From an uncultured Gemmatimonadales bacterium (lineage in GTDB: Bacteria > Gemmatimonadota > Gemmatimonadetes > Gemmatimonadales > GWC2-71-9): DNA of 64,000 nt. The notes beneath the pieces are model-generated. The model saw only the letters and a list, made by a program, of their open reading frames with translations. It had not been told where the DNA came from and made no database searches. Location of the stretch: contig CAVUAK010000001.1 in assembly GCA_963739455.1 (NCBI GenBank), positions 1,952,001 to 2,016,000 on the forward strand, given 5' to 3'. The stretch's first letter is position 1. Every line of letters begins with the position of its first letter. This document shows, piece after piece, positions 32,540 through 46,887 of the stretch. Position numbers and translations under genes: made by a program.

Positions 32540-34499
32540 ATGTTCTGTTCCCGTTGTGGTACCGAGTTCACCGGCCAGCCGAAGTTCTGTCCCTCGTGCG
32601 GCCTCGACGTCATGGCGACCACGCCGGTCGAGGCGGTCGGCGCCACGGGCGAGCGAACCGATCGGCAGATCGTGAGCGAGGCCCTCGCGGCCGAATACGA
32701 GGTGCAGGACGAGCTCGGCCGCGGTGGGATGGCCCTGGTCTATCAGGCGCTGGAACGGGAGCTGGGTCGCGAGGTGGCGGTGAAGGTGCTGCCGTTCGCA
32801 CTGGCCTTCGATGCCGAGTTTGTCGAGCGCTTCCAGCGCGAAGCGCGAACCGCCGCGCAACTCGAGCACCCGAACATCATCCCGATCTACCGCGTCGGTC
32901 TCTCGGGGCGGGTCATCTACTTCGTCATGAAGTTCCTGCGCGGCGGCTCGCTGGCGGGGTTGCTGGAGAAGCGCGGCCGGCTCACGGCACCGGAAATCCG
33001 CCGTCTCCTGGTGGACTGTGCCAGCGCCCTCGCCTATGCGCACCAGCGGGGCATTGTCCATCGCGACATGAAGCCAGACAACGTGATGTTCGACGAGTTC
33101 GGCCAGGTGCTGCTCACCGATTTCGGCATCGCAAAGGCAATGTCGGGCGGGCGGCTGACCGGCACCGGCATGTCAATTGGCACGCCGCACTACATGAGCC
33201 CCGAGCAGGCGCGTGCGCAGAACATCGATGGACGCAGCGACATCTACTCCCTCGGCGTCGTGGCCTACCAGTGCCTCACGGGGCAGGTACCGTTCGATGG
33301 CGAGGACAGCTTCGCGATCGGGTACAAGCACATCACGGAACCACTGCCGCAGCTCACGCTGACCAGCGCAGACGATCGTCAACTGTACGAGACGATCCGC
33401 CGCATGATGATGAAGGACCCCGGTGATCGGCCCCAGGATTGCGGCGAACTGATTGCTTCGCTGCAGCGGCAGCCGACCGCGGCACCAGGGTCGCTCATCA
33501 GTGCGACGGCGGCACCGGCCGCCCCGCTGGTGTCGCCGACGGCAGGCCGGCCGACAACACCCATTCCCCCGGCCCGCACGCTTCACACGCCCCGCTCCGG
33601 TACCCGGCGCGCGCCCCCCGTCGAGCCGCTGAAGAGGGGCTCGTCGTGGCCGCTGCTCTTCGTGCTGGCCGCGGGCGCCGCGGGCGCCGGATTCTGGTAT
33701 GTGCAGCAGCAGGATGCCTCGGCCACCCCGCCACCGGCGACAGGTCGCGTGGATACAGTCGTGGTTCACGCACCTGCGCTTCCGGTTCCGGTCGCCGAGG
33801 TGCCCGATTCGGCCAGCGCCTCCGTCGACACTGCGCGTGGCGCGATGCCGGTGGCCACGGCCGACTCTGCCGTGGCCGCGGCTCCTTCACCCGCTCCCAC
33901 GGTCCCGGCTGCCGCGGCCGATAGTGGTGCGCTCAAGATCGTCGGCCTGCCCGCTGGTTCGAGCGTGCTCATCGATGGGGAGCCGGTGAACGAGGCCGTT
34001 ACCCGGCTGCCTGTCGGGCGTCACACCGTTGGCGTCTCGGCGCCGCTGCACAACTTCTATGAAGAGGTGGTGCAGATCGTTGCCGGTGACCTGTACGAGC
34101 TGGAGCCGGTGCTCGTGCGGCAGGGCGTTGCGACGGCGCGGCGCGGAATGGTCCAGCGCCGTCTCGCGGCCCGGGGCGTGATTCCGGCCGGCTGTGACAA
34201 GCCTGGTCCGACCTACAATGCCGACCACAGTTGCTATGACGTGCGGCCCCGGCCGATTGATGCGGGGAACGTGGCCCTGACACCGGACATCAAGGGAATG
34301 CCTTCACCGAGCACGCTCCTGGTTCGGGTGTCGGTGGACGGGCATCCCGCTGGAGGTGCGGGGGCTCCGCCCTTCCAATGACCTGCAGTACGAGGCCCTC
34401 GCGCGCGCATTCGCCGCCAACACCTCCTGGACACCGGCGATGCGGGATGGTGTCGCTGTGGAGGGGTGGACGAGCTGGGCCTTTACGCCGGTTCGCTGA
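32540..34499 (+). CDS. Membrane Hanks-type Ser/Thr kinase: Zn-ribbon, kinase, TM, PEGA-like, TonB-C-like tail (frameshift ~34345)
   Basis: CSRC..CPSC, GRGGMA, VAVK, HRDMKPDN, DFG, GTPHYMSPE; shifted tail ...WTPAMRDGVAVEGW. Confidence 0.88.
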
Positions 34500-34582
34500 G
34501 GCGTAAGGGCGTGTTGACGTGAGGCGGTGTATTTTCCCCGCTTCGATCGGTTCAGCTCCAAGTCCTCAAGCCCTCACATCCA

Positions 34583-35086
34583 ATGTCCATTCATCCCACG
34601 GCCTTCATCGCCCCCAACGCCACGGTCCTTGGCAATGTCACCCTTGGCGCTGATGCGAGCGTCTGGTATGGCTGCGTGGTGCGCGGAGACAGCGAGGCGA
34701 TCGAGATCGGCGCCGAGACCAACATCCAGGACCTCACGGTGGTGCACGCCGATCCAGGTTCGCCCTGTCGGATCGGGCGTCGGGTGGCGGTGGGTCACCG
34801 GGCCATCTTGCATGCGTGCGTGGTCGAGGATCTCTGCCTGATCGGGATGGGGAGCATCATCCTGAACAACGCTCGAATCGGCACCGGAAGCGTGGTGGCC
34901 GCCGGTGCGGTGGTACCGGAAGGCATGATCGTGCCGCCAGGTTCGGTGGTGATGGGAGTTCCGGCGCGAGTGGTCCGTTCGGTGGACCCGATCCTGGCGG
35001 AACGGATCGCCGGTACCTGGTCACGGTACGTTGAGTTCGCGCGGTTGCATCGCAGGGGGGACTTCCGGGCGGTGCCGACACAATAA
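34583..35086 (+). CDS. Gamma carbonic anhydrase family (YrdA/PaaY-like)
   Basis: Hexapeptide repeats; VVRGD, NIQD, H..GH...H. Confidence 0.9.
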   Translation: MSIHPTAFIAPNATVLGNVTLGADASVWYGCVVRGDSEAIEIGAETNIQDLTVVHADPGSPCRIGRRVAVGHRAILHACVVEDLCLIGMGSIILNNARIGTGSVVAAGAVVPEGMIVPPGSVVMGVPARVVRSVDPILAERIAGTWSRYVEFARLHRRGDFRAVPTQ

Positions 35087-35322
35087 TAGGACTGTTACGG
35101 CAGTGGCCTTGGCGCCGTGACGCAGTTGTAGCAGATTTGTGATGTGAGTATCGAAAAAGCGCGCTCCTACGTGGCATTCGCGGCGTATTGTGTCGGTCCG
35201 GAGATTCTCCTAATATTGCCCTCCCTTGCCGAGCCGATGAGTGCTCACGGCGGCGCAAGGACGAGAGCCGCGGCGAGCCGCAGCCGCACCGTACAACACC
35301 GCTAAAACTGAGGTCAGTGCCT

Positions 35323-37845
35323 ATGAACGGGTCCACGCCACGGGACGAGGTCGGTCTGTCTCCGAACGCCATCACGGTGCTCGAGAAGCGCTACCTCCTG
35401 CGTGATGAAGCCGGCAAGCCGGTGGAATCGGCCGCATCCCTGTTCTGGCGTGTCGCTCGCACGGTCGCGGAACCGGACCGGAAGTACGGCGCATCCGAAG
35501 GCGCGGTCGAGGCCCTGGCTGAGGCGTTCTTCGACCTCATGTCCGAGCGCAAGTTCATGCCCAATTCGCCCACGCTCATGAATGCGGGCCGTCCCCTGGG
35601 CCAGCTCTCCGCCTGCTTCGTCCTTCCAGTGGACGATGCCCTCTCCAATGGGCAGGCCGGCATCTACGACACCCTTCGCTCGATGGCCCTGGTGCACCAG
35701 TCGGGCGGTGGCACCGGCTTCAGCTTCTCCCGGCTCCGCCCCAAGAACGACATCGTCCGCTCCACCATGGGCGTCGCATCGGGCCCGGTGTCGTTCATGA
35801 GCCTCTTCGACGCCTCCACCGACGTCGTCAAGCAGGGTGGCACGCGGCGGGGCGCGAACATGGGGATCCTCCGGGTCGATCACCCGGACATCCTGGACTT
35901 CATCAACTGCAAGGACGACATCACCAAGATCACCAACTTCAACATCTCGGTGGCGGTGACGGACGCGTTCATGCAGGCCGTGGAAGTGGACGAGGAGTAC
36001 GACCTGGTGCATCCCAACACCCGCAAGGTGGTGGGTCGCCTGCGCGCGCGGGACGTGTGGGAGAAGATCATCCACGGCGCCTGGCGCACCGGCGAGCCGG
36101 GCGTGTACTTCACCGATCGCGCCAATTACTACAATCCGGTGCCGCACCTCGGCTCCTACGAGGCGACGAACCCCTGCGGTGAGCAGCCCCTCCTTCCATA
36201 CGATGTCTGCAACCTCGGCTCCATCAATGTCGGCGTGTTCATCAAGGACGGCGACATCGACTGGGATGGGCTCCGCCAGGTGGTGCACCTCTGCACCCAC
36301 TTCCTCGAGAACGTGATCGACGCCAACAGCTACCCGCTGCCGCAGATCACCGACCTCGCCCATCGTATCCGGCGCATCGGCCTCGGCCTCATGGGCCTCG
36401 CCGACGCCTTCATCCATCTCGGCGTCGCCTACGATTCGGACGAGGCGGTTGATCTTGGTCGTCGTATCCAGGCCTTCATCGACGACGAGGCGAAGCGCGA
36501 ATCCGAGCGGCTGGCCACCATCCGGGGCGTCTTCCCGGAGTGGGAGCGCAGCATCTGGGGCCCGGACGAGACCTGTGCACGCGGCCCGAACGGCGAGCGC
36601 ATCCGTCCCATGCGGAAGCTGCGGAACTGCAACGTCACCACGGTGGCGCCGACCGGCACCATCTCCATCATTGCGAGCTGCAGCTCGGGTATCGAGCCGC
36701 TCTTCGCGGTGGCGTTCATGCGCAACCAGGCTGGTGTGCTCATGCCCGACGTCAACGAAGAGTTCGTGGCGATCGCGAAGAATGAGGGCTGGTACAGCGA
36801 AGAGCTGATGAAGCGCATCGCCGAGTCGGGCAACATCCGGTTTCCGGAAGTGCCGGCCAAGTGGCAGCGCGTGTTCGTCACCGCCAACGAGATCAAGCCG
36901 GAGTGGCACATCCGGATGCAGGCGGCATTCCAGGAGCACAACGACTCGGCCATCTCGAAGACCTGCAACTTCGCGAATGACGCCTCGGAGGCGTACGTCG
37001 AGGAGATCTACCGGCTCGCGTACAAGCTCGGGCTGCAAGGGTGTCACGGTGTACCGTGATGGCAGCCGCGACATGCAGGTCCTGTCCACCGGCTCGGTGG
37101 CGAAGAAGGTCCAGGAGCAGGCCACCTCCAGCGGCAAGTCCGAGGCGCGCTCCGACCTGGCCGGCATGACGCAACTCGGCGGCCGAGGCCGATGCGGCCC
37201 GCGCCGATCTCCATGGCGAGCTGGCGGAAGTGCGGGCCGAGAACGAGCGGCTCAAGCGGATGGTGCACGAGCTCGAGGCCGAGACGCTCAATCGTCGGCA
37301 GAAGCGCTCGCGTCCCGAGTTGCTGCGGGGCACCACGCGCCGCATCGAGACCCCGCTCGGCACGCTCTACGTCACCATCACGGAAGACGACCGCGCGCAG
37401 CCGTTCGAGGTGTTCATGAGCCTGGGCAAGGCGGGCGGCGCGCTGATGGCCGACGTCGAGGCGATCGGCCGGCTCATCAGCCTCGCGCTGCGGTCGGGCA
37501 TTCCGCTCAAGGAGATCTACCGCCAGCTGCGCGGCATCAGCTCCGACCGGGTCATGGGCCTCGGGCCGAGCAAGATCCTGTCGGTGCCCGATGCCGTCGG
37601 CATTGCCATCGAGCGCTGGCTGCAGGAGAAGCAGGGGATCCAGCAGGACCTGCTCACCACCAACGAGACCCAGGTACCGGTGGTGGCCGATCGTTCACCC
37701 GGTCATCTCCGGCGATGAGCAGCAGCTCGCCCTCGGGGGAATGCAGAACACGCTGGCGGGGGCCTGCCCGGATTGCAGCTCGCAGCTGGAGTTCGCCGAG
37801 GGATGCGCGAAGTGCCACGTGTGCGGCTACTCCGAGTGCGGTTGA
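35323..37845 (+). CDS. nrdJ: Class II (B12-dependent) ribonucleotide reductase with TSCPD/Zn-ribbon tail (frameshifts ~37035, ~37180, ~37700)
   Basis: PNSPTLMNAG, SACFV, GGTG, TNPCGEQ, CNLGS, APTGT, TVYRDGSR, CPDC..C..CGYS.C. Confidence 0.93.
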
Positions 37846-37888
37846 TCTTCCTCGCGCGGTCCTGACAACCGCGATCCTGGAGGACGAG

Positions 37889-37920
37889 GCGCCCGCCGAT
37901 CATCGATCGGCGGGCGCTTT
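37889..37920 (+). terminator. Intrinsic terminator after nrdJ
   Basis: GCGCCCGCCGAT-CATCG-ATCGGCGGGCGC 12-bp stem followed by TTT. Confidence 0.7.
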
Positions 37921-37961
37921 GGCTTAGATTACGGGCCGGCCCAACGGGAGCAGCGTGGCAC

Positions 37962-39424
<1,463 letters not shown>

Positions 39425-39432
39425 GTGATGGA

Positions 39433-39895
39433 ATGCACGTGCTGAGGCGCTTGCCACGGATCGCCCTGCTGCTGGCAGGCGCCGTTGCCTCTGTGGCAGC
39501 GGGCGGGCATGCCCAGGACAGGACAACGAGCGAGTCTATCCAGTTCCTCCTCGGTGATTCAACGCAGTACCGGGAGGCAATCACCGTCTTCCAGAAGGCC
39601 GTGAAGGGCCACGACGCGGCCCGGGTCGCCGCCCTGGTGAGCTACCCGATCAAGGTCACCATGGGAGGGTCGAAGCGAACCATCAAGTCGCCGCAGGCCT
39701 TCGTCGCGAAGTACGACAGCATCATCACGCCGGCCATTGCAGCCGCGGTCCAGGACCAGAAGTGGGACGACCTCTTCGTGAACTACCAGGGCGTCATGCT
39801 CGGCCGGGGTGAGGTGTGGATCAGCGGCGTCTGCCGGGACAAGAGCTGCAGTGAAGGCAGACGTCCGCGTGATCACCATCCAGCGAGCTACTTGA
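39433..39895 (+). CDS. Secreted hypothetical protein (frameshift ~39855)
   Basis: Signal peptide ending [18 protein letters not shown]. Confidence 0.65.
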
Positions 39896-40988
39896 TCGAC
39901 GCCATGTCGATCACGAAGCGGTACTTCACGTCGCTCTTCAGCATCCGCTCGTAGGCTTCGTTGATCTTCTGCATCGGGATCACTTCCACGTCGGACACGA
40001 TGTTGTGCTCCGCGCAGAAGTCGAGCATCTCCTGCGTCTCCTTGATCCCGCCGATGAGCGATCCTGCCATCGCACGACGCTTGAAGATGAGCGAGCCCAC
40101 GTTCGGGCGACGGGAGGCGGGTGTTCCGGCACGCCGAGCATGACCATCGTGCCGTCACGCTTGAGCAGGTTGAGGTACAGGTTGATGTCGTGCGTGGCCG
40201 AGACCGTGTTGAGGATGAGGTCAAGGCTCCCCGCATGCTTCGCCACTTCCTCGGGGACCCGGGAAACAACCACCTCACTCGCACCGAGGCGCTTTCCATC
40301 GTCCGTCTTCCCGGGCGAACTCGTGAAGAGCACCACTTCGGCGCCGAGTGCGTGCGCCAGCTTCACCGCCATGTGACCAAGGCCACCCAGGCCAACGACA
40401 CCGACCTTCTTGCCAGGGCCCGCATTCCAGTGCTTGAGCGGGGACCAGGTGGTGATGCCGGCGCAGAGCAGCGGCGCGGTGCCAGCGGGGTCAAGCTTGC
40501 TGGAGACACTGCAGCACGAAGTCCTGGTCGACCGTGATGCCGGTGGAATACCCGCCGTACGTCACGCCGCCGAGCACCTTGTCCTCGCTGTTGTACGTGA
40601 AGGTCTGGCCCTTCTGGCAATACTGCTCCAGGCCTTCGCGGCAGTCCGGACAGGTACGGCAGGAGTCCACCATGCAGCCGACCGCGGCGATGTCGCCCTT
40701 CTTGAACTTCGTGACGTCCTTGCCGACACTCACGACACGGCCCAGGATCTCATGGCCGGGAATGCACGGATAGGTGGTGCCCTGCCACTCGCTCTTCACG
40801 GTGTGCAGGTCGGAATGACAGACGCCGCAGAACAGGATCTCGATCTGGACGTCGCGCGGCCCGGGTGCGCGACGCTCGAAGGCGAGAGGCCCAAGCGGTG
40901 ACGTAGCATCGAAGGCCGCATAGGCCTGCGCCGGTACCGTGGCGGGACGGGAGCCGGCGGTGCTCGCAGGCAAGGTGGTGGCAGTCAT
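39888..40988 (-). CDS. Zn/NADPH-dependent alcohol dehydrogenase (YahK/AdhC-like; frameshifts ~40500, ~40110)
   Basis: [16 protein letters not shown], end [14 protein letters not shown]. Confidence 0.9.
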
Positions 40989-41091
40989 GTCGGGCTCCAG
41001 TTAGGGCAATAACGAGCGGCACCGCGGGCCGTCCAACCCGGCGGTGACGCGGCTCCATGTGCGTCGATGAACGTGCGTCCGGTCGTCCCGA

Positions 41092-41121
41092 TTGTCAAGT
41101 AGTTGTTAAAGTGTTTAAGTT
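41092..41121 (+). promoter_or_regulatory. Putative promoter with overlapping palindromic operator
   Basis: TTGTCA-18-TAAGTT; TTAAA-GTG-TTTAA inverted repeat at 41106-41118. Confidence 0.4.
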
Positions 41122-41123
41122 GA

Positions 41124-42206
<1,083 letters not shown>

Positions 42207-42222
42207 TCGGGTAGATTCGGTC

Positions 42223-42510
42223 ATGGGAAAGTCCAGGACATCACTGACGCCGGAGCAGCGGGCCGCCGCCTTCAAGGCGCTGGGCGAATCGACGCGACTC
42301 CGTATCGTCGACTTCCTGCGCGGCCGCGAAGAGGAGGCAACCGGCACCGAGGTCGCCGACGAAACCGGCATCAGCCTCGCGCTGCTGTGCCATCACGCCG
42401 ATGCCCTCGTCGAGTCCGGGCTCGTGGTCAAGCGCAAGGAAGGGCAGACCAGCTACTGGCGCATCAACCGTGATGCACTCGAGCTGCTGGTGCGCGACCT
42501 GGACGGCTGA
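42223..42510 (+). CDS. ArsR/SmtB family regulator
   Basis: FKALG..TRLRI, HH..L...GLV..RKEG..Y. Confidence 0.85.
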   Translation: MGKSRTSLTPEQRAAAFKALGESTRLRIVDFLRGREEEATGTEVADETGISLALLCHHADALVESGLVVKRKEGQTSYWRINRDALELLVRDLDG

Positions 42511-42512
42511 CG

Positions 42513-43436
42513 ATGCTGACCCGGAATCTCCGCTATCTCGTGGCGCTGTCCGCTGAACGACACTTTGCCCGGGCGGCGGCGGTATGCGAGGTCACGCAGC
42601 CCACGTTGTCCGCCGGTATCAAGCACCTCGAGGAGGAGCTCGGCGTCCTGATCGTGCAGCGGGGCCAGCGCTTCGAGGGGTTCACCGCCGAGGGCGAGCG
42701 GATCCTTGCATGGGCACGTCGAATCCTGGACGACGTGGAGAGCCTGCACCAGGAAGTGAGCGCACTGCGGAACCAGCTGGTCGGCCGCCTGCGACTGGGC
42801 GCGATTCCCACCGCGCTTCCATTTGCGGCGCGACTGACCACGCCCTTCGCGGCAGCGCATCCCGGCGTGACGATCTCCGTTGCTTCCCTGAGCTCAGTCG
42901 ATATTCAGCGCGGCCTGGATGACTTCACGCTCGACGCAGGGATCACCTATCTGGACAATGAGCCCCTGGCGCGCGTGCGCGGCATTCCACTCTACCTGGA
43001 GCGGTACTTCGTCATGACGGCGGCGACGCTCGATGGAGGAGTCGAGCAGATGTCATGGAGTGACGCCGCGAAGTTGCCGCTTTGCCTGCTGACGCCCGAC
43101 ATGCAGAACCGGCGGATCCTCAATGCGAGCTTTGCCGCGGCGGGTGCCGCGGTGCAGCCGGGCATCGAGACGAACTCAGTGCTCGCGATCCTGGCGCATG
43201 TACGGAGTGGGGCGTGGGCGAGCGTGGTGCCGCAGACCTTCCTGCCATTCCTGCCGAGCGACGACGAGGTGCGTGCCATTCCGCTTGTCGATCCGGTCGT
43301 AACACACCAGGTGGGCCTTGTCGTGCCGGACCGCGAGCCGCTCACGCCGTCCGCGCGGGCGCTGCTCAATACCGCTCGTGCCGAGATCTCGGCGCCTCTT
43401 GGCATGCCCGCTGGTGTCGGCGCCGCATCGCGCTGA
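42513..43436 (+). CDS. LysR family regulator
   Basis: HF.RAA..C.VTQP.LS..IK.LE..LG. Confidence 0.93.
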   Translation: MLTRNLRYLVALSAERHFARAAAVCEVTQPTLSAGIKHLEEELGVLIVQRGQRFEGFTAEGERILAWARRILDDVESLHQEVSALRNQLVGRLRLGAIPTALPFAARLTTPFAAAHPGVTISVASLSSVDIQRGLDDFTLDAGITYLDNEPLARVRGIPLYLERYFVMTAATLDGGVEQMSWSDAAKLPLCLLTPDMQNRRILNASFAAAGAAVQPGIETNSVLAILAHVRSGAWASVVPQTFLPFLPSDDEVRAIPLVDPVVTHQVGLVVPDREPLTPSARALLNTARAEISAPLGMPAGVGAASR

Positions 43437-43449
43437 CGCCGGCACGACT

Positions 43450-44301
43450 TCAGGACCGCAGGAGCAGGGTAGTTCCCCAAGGGTCAGTCACCCGCGTGCC
43501 ATCTCCGGAATGCGTCACGACGTGGCCGGCCGCTTCCAGCCGCTGGGCGGCCGCTACGACAGCCTCGCGATCGGGCAGTACCAGCTCCCACTCAAGCAGG
43601 CGAGCATCATTGTCGCCCGGGCGCGGCGCGTCGTCGCCGGCCCAGATATTCGTCCCCAGATGATGGTGGTATCCGCCTGCCGAGAGAAACAGCGCGCCAG
43701 GGTAGCTCCACACAGTCGGCTCGAGTCCCAGGGCATCGCCGTAGAATGCCGCGGCCGTCTCGAGCGCCCCCACATGCAGGTGCATGTGCCCCATGACGGT
43801 GCCCGCAGGCATCCCGGTCCATGGTGCGGTGCCCCCGGCCGCCAACACGCTCTCGATATCGAGTGGCTTGGTCTCCACCACCATCTCGCCGTCCCGGCGC
43901 ACCCAGGTCGATCGGGCCCGGTCGGCATACACCTCGATCCCGAGGCCGTCAGGATCGTGCAGGTACAGCGCCTCGCTGACGAGGTGGTCCGATGCGCCCA
44001 CCTGGGCGTCGATACTCGCGAGGTGCCGCAGCAGTCGCCCCAGTGCCGCTCGGTCCGGCAGCAGGATCGCGAAGTGGAACAGCCCAAGATGGCCACGTCG
44101 CCGGACCGGGTTGGCGCCGGGGCGCTCCCGGAACTCGATCAGCGGGATCTCGCTCACCTGGTCTCCGAGCACCGCCTCGCTGGCGTGCCGGTGAAGCAGC
44201 CTCAGGCCAAGGACCTGCTGGTAGTACCGGATAGACCGGTCCAGGTCAGCCACCTGAAGACGCACGCGACCGAGATGCGTTTCAGCGGGGAGACGGGCCA
44301 T
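43450..44301 (-). CDS. VOC-family catechol 2,3-dioxygenase-like protein (CatE-like)
   Basis: GLFHFA, DHLVSEALY..DPDG.GIE, GHMHL, GGYHHH. Confidence 0.88.
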   Translation of the reverse strand: MARLPAETHLGRVRLQVADLDRSIRYYQQVLGLRLLHRHASEAVLGDQVSEIPLIEFRERPGANPVRRRGHLGLFHFAILLPDRAALGRLLRHLASIDAQVGASDHLVSEALYLHDPDGLGIEVYADRARSTWVRRDGEMVVETKPLDIESVLAAGGTAPWTGMPAGTVMGHMHLHVGALETAAAFYGDALGLEPTVWSYPGALFLSAGGYHHHLGTNIWAGDDAPRPGDNDARLLEWELVLPDREAVVAAAQRLEAAGHVVTHSGDGTRVTDPWGTTLLLRS

Positions 44302-44465
44302 GTCATTGTCCTCGCATCGATGGTGTGTGCAGGTCGCCCAGGCGACTAACAGGTGGGGCGTTCCGTAGGAAGCTAGCGCATTTCCGGGCATGCAGCGGGC
44401 GCGGGATCAGGGCTTATATTCCGTGGACCGCACCACCTTCATTTGCACCCAGGAGACTTGCGCCG

Positions 44466-44738
44466 ATGACATCCGACTCGCAGGCCCGATCCCCCAAGCC
44501 GGTACCTGCGTCGCGGGTGGCGCGGGAACTGGCCCACCTGAGCGACATGCGCGCAAATGGTGAGCTCGATCGTGATGAGTATGAGCATCGCTTCTCACGC
44601 ATGATCAGCGAGCTGCGCGACCGTCGCATCGAGGGAAATCGCCAGGAGATCATTGCCGCCATCAAGCCACTGCTGGAAGATGGCCGTATCCACGCCGCCG
44701 AGTATGACCGGTTCGTCCAGCAGATGGGCCTGGTGTAA
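44466..44738 (+). CDS. Small hypothetical protein with two SHOCT-like motifs
   Basis: GELDRDEY and GRIHAAEY; SD GGAG upstream. Confidence 0.65.
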   Translation: MTSDSQARSPKPVPASRVARELAHLSDMRANGELDRDEYEHRFSRMISELRDRRIEGNRQEIIAAIKPLLEDGRIHAAEYDRFVQQMGLV

Positions 44739-45617
44739 TGCAGCAGCGCCCGCTCGGCCGCGGGGCGCCGCCGGTCTCCGTGATCGGGTATGGCGGCATG
44801 CACCTGTCGCTCGCCGGTCGCCCGACGGAGGACGCGGCCATCCGGGTCATTCATGCAGGTCTCGACTGCCGGCATGACGCTCATCGATACCGCCGATGTC
44901 TACTGCCTGGACCAGAACGATATCGGCCACAATGAACGCCTTGTTGCCCAGGCGCTCCGCAGCTGGAACGGATCGCGCGAGCCAGGTCATCGTCGCGACC
45001 AAGGGCGGCATGATCCGCCCCGATGGTCGATGGGAGCGCGACGCCCGCCCGGAGCGCCTCCGCCGCTCGTGCGAGCGCTCGCTGCAGGCGCTGGGGGTGG
45101 ACCGGATCGACCTCTACCAGATCCACGCGCCCGACCATCAGGTGCCCTTCGAGGAGAGCGTAGGGGCGCTGGCCGACTTGCAGCGCGAGGGGAAGATCCG
45201 CTGGATCGGGCTCTCGAACGTCAGCGTCGCCGAGATCAAGGCAGCCGAGTCGATCGCCGAGGTGGCCACGGTGCAGAACCGCCTCAACCCGTTCTTCCGG
45301 GAGGCGATCGAGACCGGCGTCGTACGGTACTGTGGCGAACGCGGCATCGGGTTCCTGGCCTACAGCCCGACCGGCGGCGGCCGGCTGACGAAAAAGCTGC
45401 CGGGTCACGTGGTCCTGCAGCGGATTTCCGGAGAGCTCGGCTTTTCTCCCCATGCGCTCGTCATTGCGTGGGGCCTCGCGCAGGGGCCCAACGGTGCTCT
45501 CGATCCCGAGTGCCCGCACTGAGGCGCACGTGCGCGACAGCGCCGATCGCCGGCGACCTCGTGCTGAGCGATGCCGATCGCTGGGCCATCTCCGAAGCAC
45601 ACTTCGATCGATCCTGA
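44738..45617 (+). CDS. Aldo/keto reductase (multiple frameshifts)
   Basis: IGYGGM, IDTADVY, ATKGG, IDLYQIH, GKIRWIGLSN, YSP. Confidence 0.85.
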
Positions 45618-45620
45618 CGC

Positions 45621-46874
45621 ATGCCATTCGCCCCACGACGCCCCACGCCCACCGTCCATATCGGCGCCGTTGCCGTCGGCTCCTGTCATCCGATCGTGGT
45701 GCAGTCGATGACCAATACCGACACCGCCGACGTCGTGGGAACGGTGCGGCAGGTGGCCGAACTGGCCCGGGCCGGCAGCGAACTGGTGCGGGTCACGGTC
45801 AACAACGAGGACGCGGCCCGGGCAGTGCCACACATTGTCGACGGGCTCGATCGCATCGGCGTGCACGTGCCGATCATCGGTGACTTTCATTACAACGGTC
45901 ACCTGCTGCTCACCCGCCATCCGGACTGCGCCCGGGCACTCGCCAAGTTCCGCATCAACCCGGGGAACGTCGGTGGGAAGCACGCCGACACCAACTTCCG
46001 CGCGATCATCGAGGTGGCGCTGGCGCACGGCAAGCCGGTGCGTATCGGTGTCAACTGGGGATCACTGGACCAGCAGCTGCTGACCGAGCTGATGGACGCG
46101 AATGCCTTGCTCGAGGCGCCGCGTGACGCCCGCGACGTGACCATGGAGGCGATGGTGCAGAGCGCGATCCGCTCGGCGGCCTTTGCCGAGGGCGTCGGCA
46201 TGGCGCGCGACCGGATCATCCTCAGCGCCAAGGTGTCTGGCGTGCAGGACCTCATCGACGTGTACCGCATGCTGGCACGGCGGAGCGAGTATCCGCTGCA
46301 TCTCGGCTTGACCGAGGCAGGGATGGGAGCCAAAGGGGTCGTCGCGAGCGCGGCCGGGCTCGCGGTGCTGCTCCAGGAGGGGATCGGCGACACGATCCGC
46401 GTGTCACTGACTCCCGCGCCCGGCGGTGACCGCGCAGAGGAGGTGCGCGTGGCCCAGCAGATCCTGCAGAGCCTGGAGCTGCGGAGCTTCACGCCGCAGG
46501 TGACGAGTTGCCCCGGCTGCGGGCGCACGACGAGCACCTTCTTCCAGCACATGGCGCAGGACATCGAGAGCTACCTCCGGCAGAAGATGCCGGTCTGGGG
46601 CGCGGACCATCCCGGTGTCGAGGAGATGAAGGTGGCCGTCATGGGATGCGTGGTGAACGGGCCCGGTGAGTCGAAGCACGCCAACATCGGGATCTCGCTG
46701 CCCGGAACCTTCGAGGAACCCAAGGCGCCGGTGTATGTGGACGGCAAGCTCTTCGTGACGCTCAAGGGAGACAGGATCGTCCCGGAGTTCCTCGAGATCC
46801 TCGAGAACTACGTGACGGCGCGATACGGCGTGGCCGCCGGGGCGGGGACGACAGAGGGCGGCTCGGGTCGCTAG
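45621..46874 (+). CDS. ispG: HMBPP synthase (flavodoxin-dependent)
   Basis: [47 protein letters not shown]. Confidence 0.97.
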   Translation: MPFAPRRPTPTVHIGAVAVGSCHPIVVQSMTNTDTADVVGTVRQVAELARAGSELVRVTVNNEDAARAVPHIVDGLDRIGVHVPIIGDFHYNGHLLLTRHPDCARALAKFRINPGNVGGKHADTNFRAIIEVALAHGKPVRIGVNWGSLDQQLLTELMDANALLEAPRDARDVTMEAMVQSAIRSAAFAEGVGMARDRIILSAKVSGVQDLIDVYRMLARRSEYPLHLGLTEAGMGAKGVVASAAGLAVLLQEGIGDTIRVSLTPAPGGDRAEEVRVAQQILQSLELRSFTPQVTSCPGCGRTTSTFFQHMAQDIESYLRQKMPVWGADHPGVEEMKVAVMGCVVNGPGESKHANIGISLPGTFEEPKAPVYVDGKLFVTLKGDRIVPEFLEILENYVTARYGVAAGAGTTEGGSGR

Positions 46875-46887
46875 TGGCCGTGCCGAC

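Noticed and set aside
35087..35322. NrdR boxes or a cobalamin riboswitch upstream of nrdJ
   Set aside because: No convincing match to either consensus by eye
37030..37720. Programmed frameshifting or a split nrdJa/nrdJb
   Set aside because: No slippery sites seen; the breaks match the window-wide indel pattern
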